NCBI GenBank assembly: GCA_013287645.1
Contig: JABDDJ010000004.1
Location: 1,815 to 65,814, forward strand
Length of the DNA: 64,000 nt
Source of the DNA: Chlamydiota bacterium
Lineage (GTDB): Bacteria; Chlamydiota; Chlamydiia; Chlamydiales; JABDDJ01
Direction of reading: 5' to 3'
Under the pieces are notes generated by a model. That model saw nothing but the letters and a program-made list of their open reading frames with translations. It ran no database searches and was not told the origin of the DNA. The translations under genes were made by a program, and so were the position numbers. Below, piece after piece: positions 46,909-57,794 of the stretch; the stretch's first letter is position 1; every line of letters begins with the position of its first letter.

Positions 46909-48774
46909 ATGTCTAATTGTTTGGTTTTAGATACCAATTATAATTCAGCTTTATGTAATCCCAATAGAACTTATACTTATGTAGGCAAGGGATCTTTAGA
47001 GCCAAATGATCATGAATATGAAATTAATGAACCTCTGATAAAAATAAATAAATACTACTATCAAATTAACGAAAACCAATTACCTTACCTATCACGCACA
47101 GCTTTACTCATCCGAGCAATCTGCGAGATTGCCTTTAGAATCATATGGTTTCCAATAAACCTTTCACAAAGAACATTAAATACTATTGGCACTGCACTAT
47201 TTTATGATGTTTTAATGACACCCAAAAGAGAATCTTCATTATCCGCCAATAGATTTAAAAAAATTAAAGATCATACTGTGATATTTTTGCAAAAATTCTG
47301 CAAAATCTCTAAATTCTATCTTCCAAAAATCTTCAAAAAAGTATGTGCAGAAGAGCTCGCTTGGGATACACTTTCACATTTTAGGCAAGGGTTGTATGGT
47401 AAAAAAGAAATAATCTGCTTTAGCTCTGAAGACATATCTCAACTATCCGCACAGAGAATTCATGATTGTGCTCAATCTTCTTTTCAATTTAGAGAGTACA
47501 CTGATTTTTTCCTTCAGAACATGTTATCGAATACTTTTACAAAACAATCTAAAATTAGTGACTTGTATTATACCAAAAATTTACTTCTTCATAGAAATCT
47601 TACCGCAAGAAATCTAACAACTAATTTTAAATGTATAAATAGCTTTGTAAATCTTAGATATATATGGTTTCATGATACTGAATTGGATACAGCTAGTATT
47701 TCTTCCTTCTTTGAAAATATTGCTAATCTACCCTCACTTAGTTCATTGTTTATTTCTACCCCTAATCTTACTACATTACCATCTAGCTTTTACGATTTAC
47801 CTAACACCTTAGTAGTTAATTTATCAAGCGATTCACTCTTGGAAGCAACTCTAAGAGAACTCCACGTACCAGGTAGAAGAGGACCAAGAGTTACTGTTAC
47901 TGGTGAACCCTTAGATTCTCTCGAAAATTATCTTCAGAAAGTCTATGGCCCTCATGCCTATCCACAACGACTTCTTCAATTTGATGAAAAAGACGCGCTT
48001 ACACTCAGGATATGGTTAAGCAAAAGAGTTACTGCAAAAGATTATGGAGATAATCCCCAAGAATTCGATAAAAAAGTTAAAGAGGTTTTAGATTGGCTTG
48101 CTGAGGAAACTGATAAAACAAAAATCAGACAAGCCTTTGCACTCTTTACATTTGCTAATCAAAATTGTTGTGATCAATATGCTAGTATGTTTAATAAATT
48201 CTCCCTATTGAGAAAAAAAATAACTACACTAGCCGAATTGAAAGACCACATTATTATCTGTTATAGATTAGACTTAATCGATGAGATTGCTAATGCAAAG
48301 ATAGCGGCGCTGGGCACTTGTGATCCTGTCGAAGTACATCTAGGCTATGAAACACACTTAAACAAAATTTTCAATTTAGATTTGCCTATAAAGAACATGC
48401 AATTTTTGTCACGTCTAACGCCCGATGATATCAAAAAGGCAGTAACCGATATCCAAAAAAAGACAGATGGGCAAGAAAAACAGGCCTTAATCCTTTCCAA
48501 AGACTACCGTTGGAAGGCCTACATTGAAAAACAACCTAACTTTGCCCAGACCAAAAAATCGTGTGAAGAGCAAGAAAAAACCTACCGTAAAGATGTTTTA
48601 GGCGAAAAAGTTAACGATGACGATGAGGAGCTAACTGATGAAGAATATCAAGCTATACTAGCAAAACAAATAGCTCACAAAGATGAATTCAATACTAATT
48701 CAGACACCATCTGGAACCCCTACTGGATTCTAACCAAAGAAATTTTAAACTCCAATTTAGATACACCTCTTTAA
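46909..48774 (+). CDS. LRR-NEL E3 ubiquitin ligase effector, paralog 1
   Basis: Short LRR (LPSLSSLFISTPNLTTLP); NEL motifs CCD (CxD), YRLDLIDEIA and DPVEVHLGY...LDLP..NMQF. Confidence 0.85.
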   Translation: MSNCLVLDTNYNSALCNPNRTYTYVGKGSLEPNDHEYEINEPLIKINKYYYQINENQLPYLSRTALLIRAICEIAFRIIWFPINLSQRTLNTIGTALFYDVLMTPKRESSLSANRFKKIKDHTVIFLQKFCKISKFYLPKIFKKVCAEELAWDTLSHFRQGLYGKKEIICFSSEDISQLSAQRIHDCAQSSFQFREYTDFFLQNMLSNTFTKQSKISDLYYTKNLLLHRNLTARNLTTNFKCINSFVNLRYIWFHDTELDTASISSFFENIANLPSLSSLFISTPNLTTLPSSFYDLPNTLVVNLSSDSLLEATLRELHVPGRRGPRVTVTGEPLDSLENYLQKVYGPHAYPQRLLQFDEKDALTLRIWLSKRVTAKDYGDNPQEFDKKVKEVLDWLAEETDKTKIRQAFALFTFANQNCCDQYASMFNKFSLLRKKITTLAELKDHIIICYRLDLIDEIANAKIAALGTCDPVEVHLGYETHLNKIFNLDLPIKNMQFLSRLTPDDIKKAVTDIQKKTDGQEKQALILSKDYRWKAYIEKQPNFAQTKKSCEEQEKTYRKDVLGEKVNDDDEELTDEEYQAILAKQIAHKDEFNTNSDTIWNPYWILTKEILNSNLDTPL

Positions 48775-48832
48775 CAAAGTCTTGTAATTAATTTTAATTT
48801 CATGTATCGTTAATAAAAAATTATTTAAGATC

Positions 48833-50836
48833 ATGCCAAGTTTTTTAGTTTTAGATACGAATTACAATCCATTATCTAATTATTCAGATAATACATATAG
48901 CTATATCGGTAAAGGACACCTAGCTGATCTTCATCATAAAGAACCAGAACCGCATAAAATAGATAAATACTATTATCAGATTAACGAAAGCCATTTAGAT
49001 TACACTTCTCGCGCTAAGTTACTCACTCGAACTATCAGCGAAATCGCCTTCAGAATTTTATGGCTTCCTCTTAATTTAAATCTCAGAACTTTTATTGTTA
49101 TATTTAATGACCCAGTAATAATGAGAAAATACCATGAATCACTTCAAGCTTTATGCAGAATAAATTTGGAAGGTAGTCTCTCAAAAATTATCAATAGATG
49201 TGTAACAATATCAAATGAATTTTTGATGAAACAATTAGAGCTTAATATTTACATTTACAGATCTGTAGCAAAAATATTTATAAAAACTATTGAAGAAGAA
49301 TTCGCTTGGGACACGCTTTCTCATTTTCGACAAGCTTTGTATGGCAAAAAAGAGATCATTTGCTTTACCCGTGATGACGGAACTAATCTGACAACACAAA
49401 ATATTCATGATTGTGCTAAATCTTCCTTTCAACTAATAGATACAAATAACTATTACAGCGAATTTATTCTTGATTGGAAGTCAACTATTAACGCCTCTCT
49501 TATCATAATGGCTTATGGTTATTACTTTACTAAACAAAATCGAACTAGAGAACTATATTACAGTCATATAGTTAATCGTTCAAATGGATTATCAATTGAA
49601 TCTCAGAGAAATTGGGTGTGTATCGGTAGTTTTGTAAATCTTACTGCATTAATAGTGAAGCGAATTATTACTTCTAGGTATATTTTAGATCCTTATAGGT
49701 ATACTTTAGATCTCTCTCAACTGTTTATACACATTCGCGCCTTACCTTTACTTCGTGAATTAGATCTTTCGAATTGCGACATCACAACCTTACCCGCAAA
49801 CTTTTACGACTTGCCTAGCAATTTAACAGTTTATTTAGGGGGTAATCAACTCACGCAAGGAACTATTGATGAACTAAGGAGACCAGGCAGAAGAGGACCA
49901 AGAAACGTACATTTCGGAGCAACTGGATTAGAGCGCTCTTTGTTTACAATACCCGTGGATTTGGATACCCTCGAAAATTATCTTCAGGCAGTCTATAAAT
50001 CACCAACCTATCCACAACGACTTCTTCAATTTGATGAAAAAGATACAAAAACTCTTAGAATTTGGTTAAGCAAAAGAGTCAATGCAAAAGATTATAGAGA
50101 TAACCCCGCAAAATTTGATTTAAAAGTTAAAGAGAATTTGGACTGGCTTACGGAGGAAACTGATGAAACAAAAATCAGACAAGCCTTTGCACTCTTTGAA
50201 TTTGCTAATCAAGATTGTTGTGATGAATATGCGAGTATTTTTAATAAGCTCTCACTATTGAGAAAAAAAATAAATACACTAGCTGAGTTGAAAGACCATC
50301 TTATCATTTGTTATAGACTGAACTTAATCGAAAAGATTACTAAAAAAAAGATAGAGGAGCTAGGTACTTGTGATCCTGTTGAAGTGCATCTAGCTTATGA
50401 AACCCACTTAAACAAAATTTTCAAATTAGATCTGCCCATAGAGAATATGCAATTTGAAAATTATTCAAGTATAACGCCCAAGGATATCAAAAAGGCAAAA
50501 AAAGACATCCAAAAAAAGACAGATGGAGAAGAAAAACAGACCCTCATACTTTCCAAAGATGATCGTTGGAAGGCCCACATTGAAAAACAACCTAACTTTG
50601 CCCAGACCAAAAAATCGTGTGAAGAACAAGAGAAAGCCTTCCGCAGAGATGTTATAGGTGAAAAAGTTGACGATGACGATGAAGAGCTAACAGATGTAGA
50701 ATATCAAGCTATACTAGCAGAGCAAGTAGCTCACCAAGATGAATTCAATACTAATTCAGACACCATCTGGAACCCCTACTGGATTCTAACCAAAGAAATT
50801 TTAAACTCCAATTTAGATACACCGATCAATCATTAG
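48833..50836 (+). CDS. LRR-NEL E3 ubiquitin ligase effector, paralog 2
   Basis: LRELDLSNCDITTLP, VYLGGNQL, CCDE, DPVEVHLAY. Confidence 0.87.
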   Translation: MPSFLVLDTNYNPLSNYSDNTYSYIGKGHLADLHHKEPEPHKIDKYYYQINESHLDYTSRAKLLTRTISEIAFRILWLPLNLNLRTFIVIFNDPVIMRKYHESLQALCRINLEGSLSKIINRCVTISNEFLMKQLELNIYIYRSVAKIFIKTIEEEFAWDTLSHFRQALYGKKEIICFTRDDGTNLTTQNIHDCAKSSFQLIDTNNYYSEFILDWKSTINASLIIMAYGYYFTKQNRTRELYYSHIVNRSNGLSIESQRNWVCIGSFVNLTALIVKRIITSRYILDPYRYTLDLSQLFIHIRALPLLRELDLSNCDITTLPANFYDLPSNLTVYLGGNQLTQGTIDELRRPGRRGPRNVHFGATGLERSLFTIPVDLDTLENYLQAVYKSPTYPQRLLQFDEKDTKTLRIWLSKRVNAKDYRDNPAKFDLKVKENLDWLTEETDETKIRQAFALFEFANQDCCDEYASIFNKLSLLRKKINTLAELKDHLIICYRLNLIEKITKKKIEELGTCDPVEVHLAYETHLNKIFKLDLPIENMQFENYSSITPKDIKKAKKDIQKKTDGEEKQTLILSKDDRWKAHIEKQPNFAQTKKSCEEQEKAFRRDVIGEKVDDDDEELTDVEYQAILAEQVAHQDEFNTNSDTIWNPYWILTKEILNSNLDTPINH

Positions 50837-50906
50837 TCCTAAATTGAAAGACTTCTTGTAATTAATTTTAATTTCATGTAATTTTAATAAAAATAAATAT
50901 TTACTT

Positions 50907-52886
50907 ATGTCAAGTTTTTTAGTTTTAGATACAAATTACAATCCATTATCTAATTATTCAGATAATACATATAGCTATGTCGGTAAAGGACATTTATCTG
51001 ATTTTCATCAGAAAATACAAGATGAACCACATAAAATAGATAAATACTATTATCAGATTAACGAGAACCAATTAGATTACACTTCTCGCACTAAGTTACT
51101 CATTCGAACTATCAGCGAAATCGCCTTCAGAATTATATGGTTACCTTTTAATTTTTCACTTAGAACTTTTGGTACTTTAGTAGCGGATATAATAGAAAAA
51201 AAAATAATAGTTAAAAAATTCTTCGATTTATTAAAAACTCTAATAATTTTTCCAGATAGACCATCAAGAATACTTCAAAGATTGGCAACTCTACCAAAAG
51301 AATTTTTGATGAAACAATTAGACCTTATTTTATACATTTTCAAATCTCTAGCAAATGTATTTATAAAAATTATTCAAGAAGAATTCGCTTGGGACACCCT
51401 TTCTTATTTTCGACAAGCTTTGTATGGCAAAAAAGAGATTATTTGTTTTACCCGTGATGACGGAACTAATCTGACAACACAAAATATTCATGATTGCGCT
51501 CAATCTTCCTTTCAACTAATAGATACAAACAGATATTACAGAGACTATAATAATCTTGATTGGAAAATAACTATTTTCGGAACTCTTTTCTTGCCGGCTT
51601 TTGGTTATTACTATACAAAACAATCTCAAATTAGGCACTTATATTATAATATGAGTAATACTCCCGATAAATTAGAAGTTGAGTCTTTGAGTAATTGGGC
51701 ATGTATCGGTAGTTTTGTAAATATTACTAAATTAAAAGTGATGAGACTTACTAATAGATATACTTTAGATCTCTCTCAACTGTTTATACACATTCGCGGC
51801 TTACCATTACTTCGTGAATTAGATCTTTCAGATCGCCGCCACCTCACTACATTACCCCCTAACCTCTATGATTTGCCTAGCAATTTAACAGTTGATTTAA
51901 CTGGTAATCCACTTACACCAGGAACTATTAATGAGATAAGATCACACGGAAGAGGACCGAGAATAATATATTCATTAACTGGGTTAGAGCGCTCTTTGTT
52001 TACAATACCCGTGGATTTGAATACCCTCGAAAATTATCTTCAGTCAGTCTATAAATCACCAACCTATCCACAACGACTTCTTCAATTTGATGAAAAAGAT
52101 ACAAAAACTCTTAGAATTTGGTTAAGCAAAAGAGTCACTGCAAAAGATTATAGAGATAACCCCGCAAAATTTGATTTAAAAGTTAAAGAAAATTTGGATT
52201 GGCTTGCTGAGGAAACTGATGAAACAAAAATCAGACAAGCCTTTGCACTCTTTGCATTTGCTAATCAAGATTGTTGTGATCAATATGCTAGTATGTTTAA
52301 TAAATTCTCCCTACTGAGAAAAATAGTAACTACACTAGCCGAATTGAAAGACCACATTATCATCTGTTATAGATCAGACTTAATCGATGAGATTGCTAAT
52401 GCAAAGATAGTAGCGCTGGGCACTTGTGATCCTGTCGAAGTGCATCTAGCTTATGAAACCCACTTAAACAAAATTTTCAAATTAGATCTGCCCATAGAGA
52501 ATATGCAATTTGAAAATTATTCAAGTATAACACCCAAAGATATCAAAAGGGCAAAAAAAGACATCCAAAAAAAGACAGATGGAGAAGAAAAACAGGCCTT
52601 AATCCTTTCCAAAGACGATCGTTGGAGGGCCTATATTGAAAGGCAGCCTAACTTCGCCCAGACAAAAAAAAATTGTGAAGATGACAAAAAAACCTACCGT
52701 AAAGATGTTTTAGGTGAAAAAGTTGACTATGACGATGAAGAGCTAGACGATGAAGAATATGAAGCTATACTAGCAAAGCAAATAGCTCACCAAGATGAAT
52801 ACAATATTAAATCAGACACCATCTGGGACCCCTACTGGATTCTAACCAAAGAAATTTTAAACTCCAATTTAGATACCCCTCTTTAA
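50907..52886 (+). CDS. LRR-NEL E3 ubiquitin ligase effector, paralog 3
   Basis: LRELDLS, VDLTGNPL, CCDQ, DPVEVHLAY. Confidence 0.87.
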   Translation: MSSFLVLDTNYNPLSNYSDNTYSYVGKGHLSDFHQKIQDEPHKIDKYYYQINENQLDYTSRTKLLIRTISEIAFRIIWLPFNFSLRTFGTLVADIIEKKIIVKKFFDLLKTLIIFPDRPSRILQRLATLPKEFLMKQLDLILYIFKSLANVFIKIIQEEFAWDTLSYFRQALYGKKEIICFTRDDGTNLTTQNIHDCAQSSFQLIDTNRYYRDYNNLDWKITIFGTLFLPAFGYYYTKQSQIRHLYYNMSNTPDKLEVESLSNWACIGSFVNITKLKVMRLTNRYTLDLSQLFIHIRGLPLLRELDLSDRRHLTTLPPNLYDLPSNLTVDLTGNPLTPGTINEIRSHGRGPRIIYSLTGLERSLFTIPVDLNTLENYLQSVYKSPTYPQRLLQFDEKDTKTLRIWLSKRVTAKDYRDNPAKFDLKVKENLDWLAEETDETKIRQAFALFAFANQDCCDQYASMFNKFSLLRKIVTTLAELKDHIIICYRSDLIDEIANAKIVALGTCDPVEVHLAYETHLNKIFKLDLPIENMQFENYSSITPKDIKRAKKDIQKKTDGEEKQALILSKDDRWRAYIERQPNFAQTKKNCEDDKKTYRKDVLGEKVDYDDEELDDEEYEAILAKQIAHQDEYNIKSDTIWDPYWILTKEILNSNLDTPL

Positions 52887-52946
52887 CAAAGCCTTGTAAT
52901 TAATTTTAATTTCATGTATTTTTAATACAAAAAAATATTTAAGATC

Positions 52947-54911
52947 ATGTCAAGTTTTTTAGTTTTAGATACAAGTTACAATCCATTATCTAATTATTCA
53001 GATAATACATATAGCTATGTCGGTAAAGGACATTTATCTGATTTTCATCTGAATACACAAGATAAACCATATAAAATAGATAAATACTATTATCAGATTA
53101 ACGTGAACCAATTAGATTACACTTCTCGCACTAAGTTACTCATTCGAACTATCAGCGAAATCGCCTTCAGAATTATATGGTTACCTTTTAATTTTTTACT
53201 TAGAACTTTTGGTACTTTAGTAGCGGATATAATAGAAAAAAAAATAATAACTAAAAAATTCTTTGATTTGTTAAAAACCCTAGTATTTTTTCCAGATAGG
53301 CCATCAAGAATACTTCAAAGATTGGCTACTCTACCAAAAGAATTTTTGATGAAACAATTAGACCTTATTTTATACATTTTCAAATCTCTAGCAAATGTAT
53401 TTATAAAAATTATTCAAGAAGAATACGCTTGGGACACCCTTTCTCATTTTCGACAAGCTTTGTATGGCAAAAAAGAGATTATTTGCTTTACCTCCTCTGA
53501 TGGAACTAATCTGACACCACAAAATATTCATGATTGCGCTCAATCTTCCTTTCAACTATTCGAAGAAAATAACTATTACTGCGAATTTAATAATTGTAGT
53601 TGGAAAAAGACTATAGTCGGAACTATTTTATTGATGACTCTTGGTTTTTACTATACAAAACAAAGTCAAATTATGAACTTATATTATGATCTGCGAATTA
53701 ATAGTGTTTATTCTCTGAGAAATTGGGCATGTATCGGTAGTTTTGTAAATCTTACTGAATTAAAAGTGAAGAAACCCCATAGCCCAATTCCTTTAAATCT
53801 CTCTCAACTGTTTATACAGCTTCGAAGCTTAACATTACTTCGAGAATTAGATCTTTCAGATTGTCAGCTCACTACATTACACCCTAACCTCTATGATTTG
53901 CCTAGCAATTTAACAGTTGATTTAACTGGTAATCCACTTACACCAGAAACTATTAATGAGATAAGATCACACGGAAGAGGACCGAGAATAATATATTCAT
54001 TAACTGGGCTTGAGAGCTCTTTGTTTACAATACCCGCGGATTTGAATACCCTCGAAAATTATCTTCAGGCAGTCTATAAATCACCAACCTATCCACAACG
54101 ACTTCTTCAATTTGATGAAAAAGACACAAAAACTCTTAGAATTTGGTTAAGCAAAAGAGTCACTGCAAAAGACTATAGAGATAATCCCGGTAAATTTGAT
54201 GAAAAAGTTAAAGAGGTCTTAGATTGGCTTGCTGAGGAAACTGATGAAACAAAAATCAGACAAGCCTTTGCACTCTTTGCATTTGCTAATCAAGATTGTT
54301 GTGATCAATATGCTAGTATGTTTAATAAATTCTCTCTACTGAGAAAAAATATAACTACCCTAGCCGAATTGAAAGACCACATTATCATCTGTTATAGATC
54401 AGACTTAATCGATGAAATTGCTAAAGCAAAAATAGTGGAGCTAGGTACTTGTGATCCTGTCGAAGTGCATCTAGCCTATGAAACGCACTTAAACAAAATT
54501 TTCAAATTAGATCTGCCCATAGATGACATGCAATTTGAAAAATATTCATCTGTAACGAAAAAGGATATCAAAAAGGCAAAAAAAGACATCCAAGAAAAAA
54601 CATATGGAGAAGAAAAGCAGGCCTTAATCCTTTCCAAAGATGATCGTTGGAAGGCTTACATTGAAAAACAACCTAACTTTGCCCAGACCAAAAAAACGTG
54701 TAAAGAACAAGAAAAAACCTACCGTAGAGATGTTATAGGTGAAAAAGATGACGATGACGATAAAGATCTAACCGATGTGGAATATGAAGCTATACTAGAA
54801 AAGCAAATAGCTCACGAAGATGAATTCAATACTAATTCAGACACCATCTGGAATCCCTACTACGTCTTAACAGCAAAGATTTTAAACTCCAATTTAGATA
54901 CACCTCTTTAA
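52947..54911 (+). CDS. LRR-NEL E3 ubiquitin ligase effector, paralog 4
   Basis: LRELDLSDCQLTTL, VDLTGNPL, CCDQ, DPVEVHLAY. Confidence 0.87.
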   Translation: MSSFLVLDTSYNPLSNYSDNTYSYVGKGHLSDFHLNTQDKPYKIDKYYYQINVNQLDYTSRTKLLIRTISEIAFRIIWLPFNFLLRTFGTLVADIIEKKIITKKFFDLLKTLVFFPDRPSRILQRLATLPKEFLMKQLDLILYIFKSLANVFIKIIQEEYAWDTLSHFRQALYGKKEIICFTSSDGTNLTPQNIHDCAQSSFQLFEENNYYCEFNNCSWKKTIVGTILLMTLGFYYTKQSQIMNLYYDLRINSVYSLRNWACIGSFVNLTELKVKKPHSPIPLNLSQLFIQLRSLTLLRELDLSDCQLTTLHPNLYDLPSNLTVDLTGNPLTPETINEIRSHGRGPRIIYSLTGLESSLFTIPADLNTLENYLQAVYKSPTYPQRLLQFDEKDTKTLRIWLSKRVTAKDYRDNPGKFDEKVKEVLDWLAEETDETKIRQAFALFAFANQDCCDQYASMFNKFSLLRKNITTLAELKDHIIICYRSDLIDEIAKAKIVELGTCDPVEVHLAYETHLNKIFKLDLPIDDMQFEKYSSVTKKDIKKAKKDIQEKTYGEEKQALILSKDDRWKAYIEKQPNFAQTKKTCKEQEKTYRRDVIGEKDDDDDKDLTDVEYEAILEKQIAHEDEFNTNSDTIWNPYYVLTAKILNSNLDTPL

Positions 54912-54924
54912 GCCCTTTTTGAAC

Positions 54925-55054
54925 GAGCGAAGCGAGTTCCTTGGAGTGCGGTGCTCTGCACCGCCTTAGATCAATCACAATATTGAACAACCTCAATCAT
55001 TTTACTATTTTAAGGCGGTGCAGAGCACCGCACTCCAAGGAGCTCGCTGCGCTC
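54925..55054. repeat. REP/REPIN-like element, family C (44-bp inverted arms)
   Basis: gagcgaagcgagttccttggagtgcggtgctctgcaccgcctta (54925-54968) and its inverse (55011-55054) differ at 2 positions; each arm holds a gcggtgc-tct-gcaccgc hairpin. Confidence 0.9.
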
Positions 55055-55060
55055 GCTCTG

Positions 55061-55402
55061 GTGAATCGTGGAGCTATTGCAGAACAATTTGTCGCACAAG
55101 AACTCATTGCCTACGCAGATCCTTACCAAGCTTCTGACTTGTATTGGTGGTCACGAGATAAACCAAGCAGCTCTGCTAAGATCGATTTTGTCATTTCAAA
55201 AGGTCAAACATTATTTCCGATTGAAGTCAAAGCAGGAAAAATCGGTAAACTGCGTTCATTAAAAATTTTCATGGAAGAGAAAAGTTCAAACTTAGGTATT
55301 CGCATCTCTCAAAATCATCTTGAGATTGATGGTAAAGTGCTTACAGTCCCGCTATACCTCATTGAGCAATTACTTAGGCTCGTTAAATCTATATCATGGT
55401 AA
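55061..55402 (+). pseudogene. 5'-truncated AAA ATPase/DUF4143 gene (only the C-terminal domain remains)
   Basis: GAIAEQFVAQEL, LYWWSR, IDFVI and PIEVKAG motifs; ATPase part missing, family C repeat abuts the break. Confidence 0.75.
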
Positions 55403-55786
55403 AAGCTTGTGTTTATTTTTAATGATATAGGATGTGGATAGACCTTTAAAGCTCCAGAAATATTCGAATAGAGAAACACTAGCAGGAATAAGAAATGCTT
55501 TATGCCTCTTCTTTAGCCATACAAAAACAATAGATTGTGTAAGACTTCCTAAGACATGCCATGTGTACATATTCGAGAGCTTATTAAACTCATGGCTAGC
55601 TAGCCGCTCAGCATGATGAGTATTTAGTGGGTATTTAATGTCTAAAACCATATTGAAGTGCGATTCATACGTGATTTGGCAGGGAAGAGATACTCCAGGA
55701 AGAAACGCCACTAATGCACCAGGTTTTCTCGGATGGTACTCATACTCATTGGAAATAACCATCGCTCTCAGAGCTTCTAAACTCAT
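55394..55786 (-). CDS. Hypothetical protein
   Basis: 130 aa ORF with RBS AGGGGG; no recognised domain. Confidence 0.5.
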   Translation of the reverse strand: MSLEALRAMVISNEYEYHPRKPGALVAFLPGVSLPCQITYESHFNMVLDIKYPLNTHHAERLASHEFNKLSNMYTWHVLGSLTQSIVFVWLKKRHKAFLIPASVSLFEYFWSFKGLSTSYIIKNKHKLLP

Positions 55787-55831
55787 ATGACCCCCTAAAA
55801 GTTATAAATCTTTTTACACTTTAAGGGATTT

Positions 55832-56758
55832 TTAGTCGATGTATCTGAATGGTCCGAAATGAGCTTCAAAGATGCCTTTGGCAATCAAGGTCTGATTTAG
55901 TCTTTCTGGAGTGATATTAGCCATATTCTCATTAGGATGTAGTCCATAATGACTTAAATCTTCAGGTATTTTCAATTCTAATTCTTTACAAGTTTTGAGA
56001 TGTGCCAAAACAATTAATGTTACTGGAACAGCAGAACAGAAATTAGCATCATATTCGTTAATTTTATACTCATCTTCTAACAATTTATTTAACTCTACTT
56101 TTTGCTTACCTATAGGATTAAAATAATTACGAATCCGAGTAATAGGGCTATCTGGGATTACTGTATTCATTGACTTTACAGATCTAATAAACCTATTTAA
56201 ATTATTAGAAAATTTGTCTTTTGCTTCCTTATTAGTCTCGAAACCAAATAGTTTTGTAATGTTCAAATCAAATAGTTCAACACAGCGAGATGTTTTTGCA
56301 TAATCATCGTCTATAACACGTCCATTAAAACCCCATCCAACAAGATATCTGTTTTCTTTCTTTAAAACATTCATATCAACATGGCAGGAATTGTACCCGC
56401 TAAAATAATGTATTATTTTATTAAACAGAGATTCAAAGTATATAGATATTTTTTTTGCTGTAGGAGCTATTTTTTCTTGATGCCAAAAAGCTATCTGCAC
56501 GTTTGAATAATTACTAGCCTCTGACTTTAATAAAATGGTAACTTTATTTTTGAGTTGAGTTAATGGAATGTGATTGTTATTTTCATCACTAATGATATTA
56601 TATTTTTTAATTAATTTCATTACCTTCTTTTCAGAAGGAGTAATTCGGATTTCTGGTCCTAGAATTTGAGCCATTTTGGAATGATTAATATTTGGATTGG
56701 ACCAAAAATTAATTTTCTCAATCAAATTATGATCTACTGAAATATTTCCAAACTGCAT
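55832..56758 (-). CDS. Permuted papain-like (NlpC/P60, YiiX-type) protein, paralog A
   Basis: His before Cys: YNSCHVDM ... ANFCSAVP ... ITPERL. Start ATG 56758 by alignment with paralog B. Confidence 0.6.
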   Translation of the reverse strand: MQFGNISVDHNLIEKINFWSNPNINHSKMAQILGPEIRITPSEKKVMKLIKKYNIISDENNNHIPLTQLKNKVTILLKSEASNYSNVQIAFWHQEKIAPTAKKISIYFESLFNKIIHYFSGYNSCHVDMNVLKKENRYLVGWGFNGRVIDDDYAKTSRCVELFDLNITKLFGFETNKEAKDKFSNNLNRFIRSVKSMNTVIPDSPITRIRNYFNPIGKQKVELNKLLEDEYKINEYDANFCSAVPVTLIVLAHLKTCKELELKIPEDLSHYGLHPNENMANITPERLNQTLIAKGIFEAHFGPFRYID

Positions 56759-56879
56759 AGTACCCTTACTACTTATTTTATTAAACTTAATTTTAACCAA
56801 TATATATTAATGAATAATAAAGATTATTTAAGGATTTGTTATGAATAATATTCGAACTCTTCGCACTTTTTTCGATGTC

Positions 56880-57794
56880 TTACTCAACGTATCTAAAAGG
56901 ACTAAAGTGCGTTTTAAAGATCTCTTTCGCTATTAAAGTTTCCTGTAATCTCTCTGGAGTAATATTAGCTAAGACTTCGTTGGGATTCAAACCATAATGA
57001 CTTAAGTCCTTTGGCATTTCCAAACCTAATTCTTGGCATGTTTTAAGATGTGCCAAAATAATTAACTGGGTTGGCACAGATGAGCAATAATTGGCATTGC
57101 GTTTCCAATAGGGCTCGTTAATCGTTTTAAACTCGTTCTCAAAATAACTTTGAAGATTAACTTTTTCAGCACTTAAATGAGTAAAAGCATGGCAGTATTG
57201 AGTAAACCTGCCTGGAATAATTGTATAATCGGTTCTAACATATTTATGTAGTTCGTGAAAAAAAATATCTTTTGCAGCTGCGTTTACTTTTCCACCAAAT
57301 AGATTATCAACATCTAAATCATATAATTCTACCACCCGCGAGTTTTTAGCTCCTTCTCTTCCATAATAACGACCACTCCAGCCCCAGCCAATCGTTATTT
57401 GATCTTTTTGAAGAGGCGGTTTGATATTCATTTCAATATGACAAGAATTATAATTAAAGAAATAATGGATACACTGAGTGACAATATATCCAATAGCTCC
57501 GCATAAACTTAACCCTTTCTTTTCACAATGCCAAAAGGCTAGTTGTACTACAGACCTATTTCTATATTCTTCTTCTAATTTGTTAATTATCGTAATTTTA
57601 GTCTTTAATTTTTCAATTTTTTCATCTGAATTATTTGTATTTAAAATCTTATCCATTAATTTTTTATCATTAGGAGAAAACTGAATTTCTGGTCCAAATT
57701 TATTTGCCATTCGAGCGTGATTAATTTTTGAATTTGACCATAGATCAATTCTTTGTAATAAATTGACATCTACTGTAAGTGTGCCTATTTGCAT
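56880..57794 (-). CDS. Permuted papain-like (NlpC/P60, YiiX-type) protein, paralog B
   Basis: YNSCHIEM ... ANYCSSVP ... ITPERL; aligns end to end with paralog A. Confidence 0.6.
   Translation of the reverse strand: MQIGTLTVDVNLLQRIDLWSNSKINHARMANKFGPEIQFSPNDKKLMDKILNTNNSDEKIEKLKTKITIINKLEEEYRNRSVVQLAFWHCEKKGLSLCGAIGYIVTQCIHYFFNYNSCHIEMNIKPPLQKDQITIGWGWSGRYYGREGAKNSRVVELYDLDVDNLFGGKVNAAAKDIFFHELHKYVRTDYTIIPGRFTQYCHAFTHLSAEKVNLQSYFENEFKTINEPYWKRNANYCSSVPTQLIILAHLKTCQELGLEMPKDLSHYGLNPNEVLANITPERLQETLIAKEIFKTHFSPFRYVE

Noticed and set aside
46909-54911. Diversity-generating retroelement behind the ligase variability
   Set aside because: No reverse transcriptase or non-coding template repeat; variation includes indels and is not adenine-specific.
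54941-55060. ORF starts inside REP elements (54941; also 26621, 40589 and the 28635 ORF)
   Set aside because: These are translations of palindromic repeat DNA, not real N-termini.
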